Assembly: GCA_964545975.1 (NCBI GenBank)
Contig: CAZJHY010000001.1
Span: forward strand, 24,094 to 88,093
Direction: 5' to 3'
Length of the DNA: 64,000 bases
DNA from: an uncultured Clostridia bacterium
GTDB taxonomy: Bacteria > Bacillota > DTU025 > MWDF01
Part shown: piece by piece, positions 45,138-53,608 of the stretch
Layout of the letters: each line of letters starts with the position of its first letter
Numbering within the stretch: the first letter of the stretch is position 1
Notes under the pieces: generated by a model
Told to the model about the DNA's origin: nothing
Seen by the model: only the letters and a program-made list of their open reading frames with translations
Database searches by the model: none
Made by a program: the position numbers and the translations under genes

Positions 45138-45169
45138 TAACCTTGCTTATCGTAAGGAGGCTTAAGCCC

Positions 45170-46057
45170 TTGAACCTCACAACTTTGATTCAATTGGTTA
45201 TCAACGGACTGGCCATGGGCCTTCTCTATGCGCTTCCCGCGCTGGGCATCTCCCTTATCTGGAACGCCTCCGGGCTTTTCAACTTCGCTCAAGGGGACCT
45301 GCTTACATTTGGGGCATACATCATGCTATCGCTCTTCAGCAAAGTGGGCCTGCCTTACGTGCTGTCCTTCCTGCTCACATTTCTGCTTTTGGGTTCGATA
45401 GGCTACATACTCAGCTCAATCTACTTCTACCCGATGTTCCGGGCTAGGATAAACCCCCAGATCATACTAATAGGCACGGTCGCCCTTTCTGTATTCATAA
45501 GGAATGCGATCCTTCTAATCTGGGGCCCCCATGCTCAGTCCTACCAGAACCCGTTCGGCTCGTCCGCCATCCAGTTTGGCGAGGTATATGTCATGCCGCA
45601 CATTTTCGGCATATTCATAATAGTCACCCTGCTGTTGGGCGCTTTACAGCTGTTCCTCAGGGGCACGATCACAGGCATCGGCATGAGGGCGGTCGCCCAA
45701 AGGCCCGTAGCCTCGTCTCTGATGGGAATAAAGAACAACAGGATGGTGGCCCTCACATTCTTCATGTCGACAGGCATAGCTGCTGTGTCAGGCATATTGA
45801 TCGCCCCAATACTTCCTCTGACGCCTGAAACCGGCGGCATGATAGCCATCAAGGCCTTCGCTGCGGTACTTATCGGAGGCCTGGGAAGCTTCTCAGGAGC
45901 GCTCGTAGGAGGCATAGCCGTCGGCATAACCGAGATGGTTTTTGCCACCTTGCTGGCTCCGACCTACAAGGACGTCTTCATATTCATAGTCCTTGCGATA
46001 TTCCTGGTATTAAGGCCCGGCGGCATATTCAGGGCCCAGATATCAGAGAAAGTGTAG
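45170..46057 (+). CDS. ABC transporter permease (LivH-like)
   Basis: Polytopic membrane protein. The preferred start is TTG 45170, 9 nt after AAGGAGG. The ORF opens at TTG 45143. Confidence 0.85.
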   Translation: MNLTTLIQLVINGLAMGLLYALPALGISLIWNASGLFNFAQGDLLTFGAYIMLSLFSKVGLPYVLSFLLTFLLLGSIGYILSSIYFYPMFRARINPQIILIGTVALSVFIRNAILLIWGPHAQSYQNPFGSSAIQFGEVYVMPHIFGIFIIVTLLLGALQLFLRGTITGIGMRAVAQRPVASSLMGIKNNRMVALTFFMSTGIAAVSGILIAPILPLTPETGGMIAIKAFAAVLIGGLGSFSGALVGGIAVGITEMVFATLLAPTYKDVFIFIVLAIFLVLRPGGIFRAQISEKV

Positions 46058-46067
46058 GAGGGGTCAC

Positions 46068-47021
46068 ATGCGTGCAGTGTTAAAGTTTTTGAAGGACAAA
46101 GCATTCTTCGCCCTGGCGCTGTTCCTTGTGATCGCACCTTATGTGATGCAGCGCTACCAGTTCTACATCCTGCAGCGCGGGGTGCAGAACTCGATACATG
46201 TGCTGGGCTTGGTCATACTAGTAGGCTTCACGGGCCTTCTGTCATTGGGTCATGCGGGCTTCGTGGCGCTGGGGGCCTACGCCTACGGGATTGCAATGGT
46301 GAAGCTGGGGCTTCCTGTATGGGCGGCGCTCATTATAGCGCCCCTATTCTCTATGCTCATCAGCATGTTGCTGGCATATCCTTCCTTCAAGCTATCGGGC
46401 CCGTTCCTAGTGGTTATCACGATAGCCTTCGGCGAGATAGTGAGGATATTGATACTTAACCTGCAGGGCATCACAGGAGGTCCTTACGGACTGACGGGGT
46501 ACAAAGTGCTCTTCACAAACTCCAAGGTGCTCTACTACGTCATGCTCGGAACATTGTTCCTGCTTGCCCTGTTTGTTCGGAGGCTCGGCAACTCCAGAAT
46601 CGGACTTGCTTTCAAGGCAATCAAGGAGGACGAGGTCGCAGCAGACGTCATGGGCGTAAACGTCAGGAAGCACAAGCTCATGGCATTCATGCTAAGCTCG
46701 GCGCTGGCCGGCCTTTCAGGCGTGTTCCTTGCGAGCCTTACAAGGTACATCAACCCAGACTCGTTCACGTTCGCGGAGAGCTCGACCTACCTTCTGATGG
46801 TGGTCATGGGCGGTATGCAGAATGTGTTCGGCGCGATAACCTCGACCATAGTCATCACAGCGCTCCCTGAGGTGTTGAGGTTCCTTGCGCGCAGCAGGCT
46901 GCTTATATACTCACTAACGCTTCTGGTATATCTCAGGATGTACGGCAACAAGGGCGGCCTACTGCAGATGTTCGGCATTAAGCCCAAGAAGGCGAATATA
47001 AATACAGGTTCGAGGAGCTGA
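46068..47021 (+). CDS. ABC transporter permease (LivM-like)
   Basis: Polytopic membrane protein with LLSLGHAGFVALGAY. Confidence 0.88.
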   Translation: MRAVLKFLKDKAFFALALFLVIAPYVMQRYQFYILQRGVQNSIHVLGLVILVGFTGLLSLGHAGFVALGAYAYGIAMVKLGLPVWAALIIAPLFSMLISMLLAYPSFKLSGPFLVVITIAFGEIVRILILNLQGITGGPYGLTGYKVLFTNSKVLYYVMLGTLFLLALFVRRLGNSRIGLAFKAIKEDEVAADVMGVNVRKHKLMAFMLSSALAGLSGVFLASLTRYINPDSFTFAESSTYLLMVVMGGMQNVFGAITSTIVITALPEVLRFLARSRLLIYSLTLLVYLRMYGNKGGLLQMFGIKPKKANINTGSRS

Positions 47022-47025
47022 GACT

Positions 47026-47808
47026 ATGGAACTACTAAGGACTGAGGGCATAGTCAGGAAGTTCGGCGGCCTTGTGGCTGTCAGCGAACTTTGCGTGAAC
47101 GTCAACGAGGGCGAGATAGTGGCACTTATCGGTCCCAACGGTTCAGGAAAGACCACAGCCCTGAACCTCATCACGGGCATCTACTCATGCGATGAGGGAA
47201 AGATACTGCTGAAGGGCCAGGAGATCCAGAGCGCGGCCCCCTTCTCGATAACGCAGAAGGGAATAGCCAGGACCTTCCAGAACATAAGGATACTCGAGTC
47301 CCTCTCCGTTTTCGACAACGCGAGGCTTGGAACCATATTCTCCACGAAGTCCAACCTGCTGGACATCGCCCTTGAGACGCCAAGGTTCAGAAGGGAGAAG
47401 AAGGCGGTGACAGAGGAGGTCAACAAGGTCCTGGATTTCGTGGGACTTCTGGACCAGGCGAATGAGATTGCCGCCAACTTGCCTTACGGCAAGAAGAGGG
47501 CGCTTGAGATCGCAAGGGCGCTTGTAACGAAGCCCAACCTGCTTCTTCTGGACGAGCCCGCGGCTGGTCTGAATACGCAGGAAGTCTACAACCTAATGGA
47601 GCTCATTAAGAAGATAAGAGGCCTTGGCATCACCATATTCCTGGTAGAGCATAGGATGGAGCTAGTCGGCGGCCTCGCTGACAGGGTCTACGTGCTCAAC
47701 TACGGCAAAAAGATCTGCGAGGGCCCGTTCTGCGACATCAAAGAGGACACCTCCGTCATCGAGGCGTATCTCGGCAAGAGGAGGCAGGTCGATGCTAAAG
47801 GTAGATAA
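47026..47808 (+). CDS. ABC transporter ATP-binding protein (LivG-like)
   Basis: Motifs GPNGSGKTT, YGKKRALEIAR and LLLDEPAAG. Confidence 0.9.
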   Translation: MELLRTEGIVRKFGGLVAVSELCVNVNEGEIVALIGPNGSGKTTALNLITGIYSCDEGKILLKGQEIQSAAPFSITQKGIARTFQNIRILESLSVFDNARLGTIFSTKSNLLDIALETPRFRREKKAVTEEVNKVLDFVGLLDQANEIAANLPYGKKRALEIARALVTKPNLLLLDEPAAGLNTQEVYNLMELIKKIRGLGITIFLVEHRMELVGGLADRVYVLNYGKKICEGPFCDIKEDTSVIEAYLGKRRQVDAKGR

Positions 47809-48517
47809 GGTCGTAGTCGCCTACGGCGTAGCCCCGGTAATCCATGAAGTCTCGCTTACCGTCCCCGACGGCAAGATCGTAACGCTCCTCGGTGCCAACG
47901 GCGCCGGCAAGTCTACGATACTGAAGACCATATCCGGCCTCTTGAAGCCCATAAGCGGAGAGGTAACATTCGACGGAGCGGTAATATCAAAGGAGCCGCC
48001 CGAAGCGATAGTAAAAAGAGGTATAGCTCACGTTCCGGAGGGAAGGCTCGTGTTCCCCGGGCTCACTGTGCTTGAGAACCTGAAGATGGGATCCTACGTG
48101 ATAAGGCACAAGCGGAAGAACCTCAAAGAGAACTTAGAAAAGGTGTATGAGCTGTTCCCCAGGCTACTTGAGAGGAAGAACCAGACCGCCGGTACGCTAT
48201 CAGGCGGAGAGCAGCAGATGCTCGCCATCGGCAGGGGCCTCATGAGCGAGCCTAAGCTTCTTATGCTTGACGAGCCGTCGCTGGGGCTTGCTCCCGTAAT
48301 CATCGACAGCATCATCGACAAGATAATCGAGATCAACAAGCAGGGGATGACCATCCTCCTGATAGAGCAGAACGCGCATCTGGCCCTTGAAGTCTGCGAC
48401 TATGGTTACTTGCTTTCTGTCGGCAACATAATGATGCACGGCGAGAAGCAGAAGCTGGTGAGCGAAGAGGGCATGATTAATGCCTATCTGGGCGGAGGCA
48501 AGCAGGAGGCCGTCTGA
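47792..48517 (+). CDS. ABC transporter ATP-binding protein (LivF-like)
   Basis: Motifs GANGAGKST, LSGGEQQML and LMLDEPS. Confidence 0.9.
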   Translation: MLKVDKVVVAYGVAPVIHEVSLTVPDGKIVTLLGANGAGKSTILKTISGLLKPISGEVTFDGAVISKEPPEAIVKRGIAHVPEGRLVFPGLTVLENLKMGSYVIRHKRKNLKENLEKVYELFPRLLERKNQTAGTLSGGEQQMLAIGRGLMSEPKLLMLDEPSLGLAPVIIDSIIDKIIEINKQGMTILLIEQNAHLALEVCDYGYLLSVGNIMMHGEKQKLVSEEGMINAYLGGGKQEAV

Positions 48518-49704
48518 TGAAGATCCTTATATGCAATGTGGGTAGCACTTCATTGAAGTACCGCCTGTTCGAGGACACTGCATGGGAATGCATATCAAAG
48601 GGCAAGGTGGAGAGGATCGGCAGCGATAGCTCCACCTTCCAGTTTTCATTGCTCAATGGGGCAGTCCAAAGCGGCACAGTCGCGATAACGGACTATGAGT
48701 CCGCGATATCCCTGATGCTAGAGCACCTGGTGGGGGCTGCAGCTCCGCTAAAAAGCCTGGAAGAGCTGTCTGCCGTAGGCTTCAAGGTAGTGCACGCTAA
48801 GGGCATAACTGGCGTGCAGCTGCTGGATGAGCGGGTCATAAAGGCCATGGAGGACTACAACTCCATAGCGCCTGCGCATAATCCCCCCTATATAAAGGCC
48901 ATTAAGATATTCTCCAAACTTCTTCCCGGAGTGCCGATGGTGGGAAGCTTCGAGACCGGCTTTCATTCCAGGATGCCGAGATGCGCATATCTCTACGGCA
49001 TACCCTATGAGTGGTATGAGAAGTACGGTATAAGAAGGTACGGATTTCACGGGGCATCGCACCAGTACGTATCGGAGAGGATCACGGCGCTTCTCGGTCA
49101 CAGGCCAAAGAGGCTTATTACATGCCACCTTGGCGGAAGCTCATCGCTTTGCGCCATCAAGGACGGCGTATCTATAGATACTAGCCTTGGCTTCTCTCTT
49201 CAAAGCGGCGTCGAGCACCAATACAGGTGCGGGGACATCGATTCATTTATCATGCCGTTTCTTATGAAAAGCGCAGGTATGAGCGAGGAAGATATCGAGA
49301 TTGGCATGACGAAGAAGGGCGGCTTAGCCGGAATCTCCGGGCTGTCGGGAGACATAAGGGACCTTGAGGAGGCTTCGGGGGCCGGCAACGACCGCGCCCT
49401 TGCGGCGCTCGAAGTGTTCGCCTATGAGGTGAAGAAATACATAGGGGCATATGCCGCGGCTTTAGGAGGCGCCGATGCCATCTGCTTTGCAGGCGGAATC
49501 GGTGAAAACGGTTCAAAGATGCGCGCAAGGATTCTGAAAGGTATGGAATACCTGGGTATCGAGATAGACGAAACAAAAAATTACGAGCTCAAGGGCGAAG
49601 GGGAGATTTCTGCGCCTGAATCCAAAGTGAAGGTCTTCATAATCCCGACCGATGAAGAGCAGATAGTAGCTAAGCTAACAATAAACCTTGTAAAAGGGGC
49701 ATAG
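48517..49704 (+). CDS. Acetate/propionate/butyrate kinase family (ASKHA) acyl-phosphate kinase
   Basis: N-terminal ILICNVGSTSLKY, plus GFHGASH and the family length of about 395 aa. Its start codon shares one base with the ATPase stop codon (TGATG). Confidence 0.85.
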   Translation: MKILICNVGSTSLKYRLFEDTAWECISKGKVERIGSDSSTFQFSLLNGAVQSGTVAITDYESAISLMLEHLVGAAAPLKSLEELSAVGFKVVHAKGITGVQLLDERVIKAMEDYNSIAPAHNPPYIKAIKIFSKLLPGVPMVGSFETGFHSRMPRCAYLYGIPYEWYEKYGIRRYGFHGASHQYVSERITALLGHRPKRLITCHLGGSSSLCAIKDGVSIDTSLGFSLQSGVEHQYRCGDIDSFIMPFLMKSAGMSEEDIEIGMTKKGGLAGISGLSGDIRDLEEASGAGNDRALAALEVFAYEVKKYIGAYAAALGGADAICFAGGIGENGSKMRARILKGMEYLGIEIDETKNYELKGEGEISAPESKVKVFIIPTDEEQIVAKLTINLVKGA

Positions 49705-49732
49705 TTGCCGGTTGTCCGGTAGAGGAGCAAAA

Positions 49733-50020
49733 ATGGACAAGCGTACATTGATGATTAATGAGGAAGACAACGTTGCGACTGCTATGCAAAAGATCATGCC
49801 AGGAGACAAGCTGGACGGTTACGTCGCCCTTCAGGTGATACCGTTCGGGCACAAGGTTTCGGTAGTCCCGATTATGAAGGGAGAGCACATTATCAAATAT
49901 GGCGAAGTGATAGGGGTCGCCAGCGTCGATATAAGAGCTGGTGAACACGTGCATATTCACAACATGGATGGGATCAGGGGAAGAGGGGATGTTTACTCAG
50001 AACCGGGTCATAAGGAGTAG
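49733..50020 (+). CDS. SAF-domain small subunit of a split UxaA/GarD/SuyAB-family dehydratase/lyase
   Basis: The sequence INEEDNVATA ... IPFGHKV ... GEHIIKYGEVIG ... AGEHVHIHN matches the altronate-dehydratase N-terminal (SAF) module. Start is ATG 49733 after GAGGAG. Confidence 0.8.
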   Translation: MDKRTLMINEEDNVATAMQKIMPGDKLDGYVALQVIPFGHKVSVVPIMKGEHIIKYGEVIGVASVDIRAGEHVHIHNMDGIRGRGDVYSEPGHKE

Positions 50021-50023
50021 ACA

Positions 50024-51196
50024 ATGAATCAAAATACAAACCAGTTCATGGGGTACCTCAGGGAGAACGGCACAGTCGGCGTTAGGAACTACGTTTTAAT
50101 CCTACCTACCGTAGTTTGCGCCAATGCCACTGCAAGATCGATTGCTTCCATGGTGCCGGGCAGCACCGTTGTAACTCACCAGCACGGTTGTGCCCAGCTA
50201 GGAGCGGATTTTGCGCAGACACAAAGGACGCTTATTGGCTTAGGAAAGAACCCTAATGTCAGATCTGTACTTGTTGTGGGGCTCGGCTGCGAGAACATGG
50301 AAGGTGAGGTTGTCGCGGTTTCAATTGCAACAACTGGCAAGAAAGTAGAGCTCATCACCATACAGAAGCTTGGCGGCACATTGAAGGCAACCGAGCTGGG
50401 AGTTCGCATCGCATCTGAGATGATGCGATCAAAGTCAACCGACTTAAGGGTCCCAGTAGGAATAGAGAAGCTTACGCTCGCACTCGAGTGCGGGGCCTCT
50501 GATTCGACTTCGGGAATAACAGCTAACCCCGCAACCGGGATTGCTGTGGATATGCTTGTCGAAAAGGGAGGCTCAGCCATACTCTCAGAGACTCCGGAAA
50601 TGATAGGAGCGGAACACATTCTGGCCAAGAGATGCTTCTCGATAGTAGTTAAAGACGCCTTGTACGGTATTATCGGAGATGCTGAGAGGGGCATAAGTGG
50701 CATGGGCGTAGACGTTAGAGGCTCGAATCCGACACCTGGGAATATTGCAGGTGGCTTAAGCAGCATAGAGGAGAAGTCCCTTGGTTGCATCTACAAGGCT
50801 GGGTCTGGCAAGATAATGCAGGTAGTCAGATATGCCGAGACACCCACCGAGAAGGGTCTTGTTATAATGGACACACCAGGTCATGATGTAGAATCGATGA
50901 CAGGGATGGCTGCAGGTGGTGCTCAGGTTTGCGTTTTCACGACCGGCCTTGGCGCAGTAACAGGATTTCCTATAATGCCTGTCATCAAGGTATGCGGCAA
51001 TCCTAGGACAAGCGCCTTCATAAGCGATAACATTGATATCGACGCGGGCCAAGTGCTAGATGGCAAGGCTAGCCTCCAGCAGGTGGCGGAGCAGATTTTA
51101 TGCGAGGTCATGGAAGTCTCGTCGGGCAAAGCCACCAAGGCTGAGAGCCTCGGATATGCAGACATCGCGATTAACAGAATCGGCCCTACTACATGA
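50024..51196 (+). CDS. UxaA-family large subunit (altronate/galactarate dehydratase C-terminal or SuyB-like)
   Basis: Motifs GYLRENGTVGVRNYVLILPTV.CAN, HQHGC and GLGCE, typical of the UxaA C-terminal domain. It begins 3 nt after the small-subunit stop. Confidence 0.85.
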   Translation: MNQNTNQFMGYLRENGTVGVRNYVLILPTVVCANATARSIASMVPGSTVVTHQHGCAQLGADFAQTQRTLIGLGKNPNVRSVLVVGLGCENMEGEVVAVSIATTGKKVELITIQKLGGTLKATELGVRIASEMMRSKSTDLRVPVGIEKLTLALECGASDSTSGITANPATGIAVDMLVEKGGSAILSETPEMIGAEHILAKRCFSIVVKDALYGIIGDAERGISGMGVDVRGSNPTPGNIAGGLSSIEEKSLGCIYKAGSGKIMQVVRYAETPTEKGLVIMDTPGHDVESMTGMAAGGAQVCVFTTGLGAVTGFPIMPVIKVCGNPRTSAFISDNIDIDAGQVLDGKASLQQVAEQILCEVMEVSSGKATKAESLGYADIAINRIGPTT

Positions 51197-52215
51197 TTGT
51201 AGATAAGGAAATGAGGGATTCTTCGGAAAGGTACAGAATGCAGAAGTTCAAGAAATGGGTCGAAGAGAACGGCTTGAGGTTCGCTTTCTTCAGAAGCTGC
51301 GATATCGACATGGCGGTGTCTAGGGTACGCAACCTTGCTCCTGCCATAGACCAGGTGATCTTCAATAGGTATTTCGAAAGCTTCAAGACGTCTGGCGAGC
51401 TTGGGCTTTCAGCGGAAGAGCTGGCTCTCATTATCTACATCCCCAAGGAAGTCCGCACTGTTCAGTTCGAACTCTGCGATAAACGATATGAGGCGAGCAT
51501 CCCACCGCCCATATACTGCGATGAACCTTCCGATATCGATGAGTTCGACAAGGCGGTGAACGATAGGCTCGACGGTAAAGCAAGACCAGTAAGATTGCCC
51601 ATGAAATCATTGAGCGTGCTGCTTGGCATCTCACGCTATGGCAGGAACAACATCACCTATATCGATGGATTAGGAAGCCTTTTCATCATGCGATCTTATG
51701 CGGTGAAGGGGCTTGATGAGAACGATATCGAAATCAGCAAGCCGCTGGGTGGGTTCATCGATGAGGACTTGCAATGCCCGGAGTGCGATGGCTGTTTCGC
51801 ATGTATTGCCTCATGCCCTACAGGCGCTATCTCAAACGATCGTTTCCTATTGCATGCTGAGAGGTGTATGACCTACCATAACAAGAATGACAAGGAATTT
51901 CCAGCATGGATTGACGGAAGCTCTCACAATTGCATCTTCGGATGCCTTCAATGCCAAGTCTGCTGCCCGATGGATTTTGGCAAGCTAATCAAGAAGCCAT
52001 CGGGAGTAGTTTTCGATGAAGATGAGACCAGGTACCTTGTAGGAATCCACGAGACTTCTGAAGTCAAGGCCATCGAGGCAGGAATTGAAAGTAAGCTCGC
52101 AAAACTGGGCATAGCATATCTGAGAGAGTTGATGCCAAGAAACCTAAGAGCCCTCTTCGCAAGCGGGAATCTTATAAACACGGAGCCAAAGTTGGAGGAA
52201 ACTGATGCCAAGTAA
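51193..52215 (+). CDS. QueG/reductive-dehalogenase-like 4Fe-4S dicluster protein
   Basis: Two ferredoxin-type Cys motifs are present (CPECDGCFACIASCPTGAI and CIFGCLQCQVCCP). The upstream LPMKSLSVLLGISRYGRNN resembles the epoxyqueuosine-reductase core. Its start forms an ATGA overlap with the UxaA-like gene. Confidence 0.55.
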   Translation: MIVDKEMRDSSERYRMQKFKKWVEENGLRFAFFRSCDIDMAVSRVRNLAPAIDQVIFNRYFESFKTSGELGLSAEELALIIYIPKEVRTVQFELCDKRYEASIPPPIYCDEPSDIDEFDKAVNDRLDGKARPVRLPMKSLSVLLGISRYGRNNITYIDGLGSLFIMRSYAVKGLDENDIEISKPLGGFIDEDLQCPECDGCFACIASCPTGAISNDRFLLHAERCMTYHNKNDKEFPAWIDGSSHNCIFGCLQCQVCCPMDFGKLIKKPSGVVFDEDETRYLVGIHETSEVKAIEAGIESKLAKLGIAYLRELMPRNLRALFASGNLINTEPKLEETDAK

Positions 52216-53095
52216 AAGAAGTCAACAACTTCTAGGCTACCTTTTCATAATGTTCACTGGGGTGATGTTCGGCTCGTTGGAAGTCGCTTCCAAGCTTGTG
52301 CCCCATATAAACCCATTCCAGATGAACTTCGTTCGTTTTTTGATCGGAGGGCTAGTCATCATACCGTTCGCATTGTACGAAGTTAGATCCAGGAAGCTCA
52401 AAGTAAGCTTCGGAGATATCGTCTATTCAGGGTTCCTGGGGTTGATCTTGGTCGGTTTCTCCATGACGCTCATGCAGGTAGGAATATCGAAAGTGCCTGC
52501 ACCTCAGGTAGCTTTTATATTCGCCTCTAACCCGATAATCATCGCTGTGCTCGCGGCCTTCATATTAAAGGAGAAGCCGGGGTTGTTCACCTTCATATTC
52601 ATAGCACTGGGCATGACAGGCATAGTGTTCATTGTCGACCCCTTCCAGAAATCATTCAACCTGGACGTGTTATACCCTATAGCGGCTGTGACCCTTATGG
52701 GGACCTATATAGTGCTTGCTAGGAAGCTGTCCATGAGGCTTGGAAGCCTATATGTAACTGGTACGGCGATAATCCTGGGAACAATAGGATTAGGCATATT
52801 CAACCTGATTATCGGAAAGGGGTTATTCTCTGACATAAGGCCTGCGGATGTTCCTATCGTTTTCTTCATGGGGGCGTTCATCTCAGGGCTTGCGTACGTT
52901 ACCTATTTCAAGGGTATGGAGTTCATTAACACGAGCACGGGCAGCATTACATTCTTTTTAAAGGCCATAACTGCGACTGTACTATCCATATTGGTACTGA
53001 AGGATACCCCTGCGTTGTCCACGTACATAGGTGCAGCTTTCATCTTGGCCGGTACCGTGGTCCTAATAATCTCAAACAACCGTGCAGTTCGGTAA
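52205..53095 (+). CDS. EamA/DMT-family transporter
   Basis: Ten-transmembrane-like protein whose start overlaps the upstream gene by 11 nt. Confidence 0.8.
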   Translation: MPSKRSQQLLGYLFIMFTGVMFGSLEVASKLVPHINPFQMNFVRFLIGGLVIIPFALYEVRSRKLKVSFGDIVYSGFLGLILVGFSMTLMQVGISKVPAPQVAFIFASNPIIIAVLAAFILKEKPGLFTFIFIALGMTGIVFIVDPFQKSFNLDVLYPIAAVTLMGTYIVLARKLSMRLGSLYVTGTAIILGTIGLGIFNLIIGKGLFSDIRPADVPIVFFMGAFISGLAYVTYFKGMEFINTSTGSITFFLKAITATVLSILVLKDTPALSTYIGAAFILAGTVVLIISNNRAVR

Positions 53096-53145
53096 AGAAG
53101 TAGCGTAAAGACGTCACTACAATACTAAGAATGGAGGTAATCTGA

Positions 53146-53331
53146 ATGCCAATCATCGAGGTTAAGGTGCTTGAAGGTAAGTCCATCGAGCAGAAGCGCA
53201 AGGTGGCGGAAGGAATTACTCAGGTGTGCATAAACGAGTTCGGTGTAGCTCCAGATGCGGTAAGGGTAATCTTCACGATTATGAGGAAGGAAGACTTTGC
53301 GGTCGCTGGAAAGCTTAGAAGCGACAGCTAG
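53146..53331 (+). CDS. 4-oxalocrotonate tautomerase family protein
   Basis: A 61-aa protein starting MPIIEVKVLEG with the catalytic Pro1. The gene has a GGAGG ribosome-binding site. Confidence 0.8.
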   Translation: MPIIEVKVLEGKSIEQKRKVAEGITQVCINEFGVAPDAVRVIFTIMRKEDFAVAGKLRSDS

Positions 53332-53482
53332 TAGCATCAAATAGCTGGGAGCAAGAGAAGGTGCGACCCCAAAGCCCTCTTTTTCATACTATATGCTTCA
53401 CATCTTGAGAGGCAGTCGGAGAGAGGGTTGCTTATGGTGGTTCTTGGACCTTAGAACGTACGAGGGAGAATTCTCCATAATG

Positions 53483-53526
53483 GTGACCTGCCCCCGAAGC
53501 TAGTGGCATCCAAGGGGGAAGGTCAC
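53483..53526. other. Long imperfect hairpin between convergent genes
   Basis: GTGACCTGCCCCC (53483-53495) pairs with GGGGGAAGGTCAC (53514-53526). The stem is 13 bp with one mismatch and the loop is 18 nt. Confidence 0.5.
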
Positions 53527-53608
53527 TTCGCTTATGCAGACGCTGCCTCCTTTGCATATTCTGAGTGCGCCTCTATGTCCACTTAGGGGGGATCATATCA
53601 ACCCGCCC

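Noticed and set aside
50712-50730. A tRNA T-arm-like string, GGCTCGAATCCGA.
   Set aside because: It lies inside the well-supported UxaA-like CDS. No acceptor or anticodon stems can be drawn around it.
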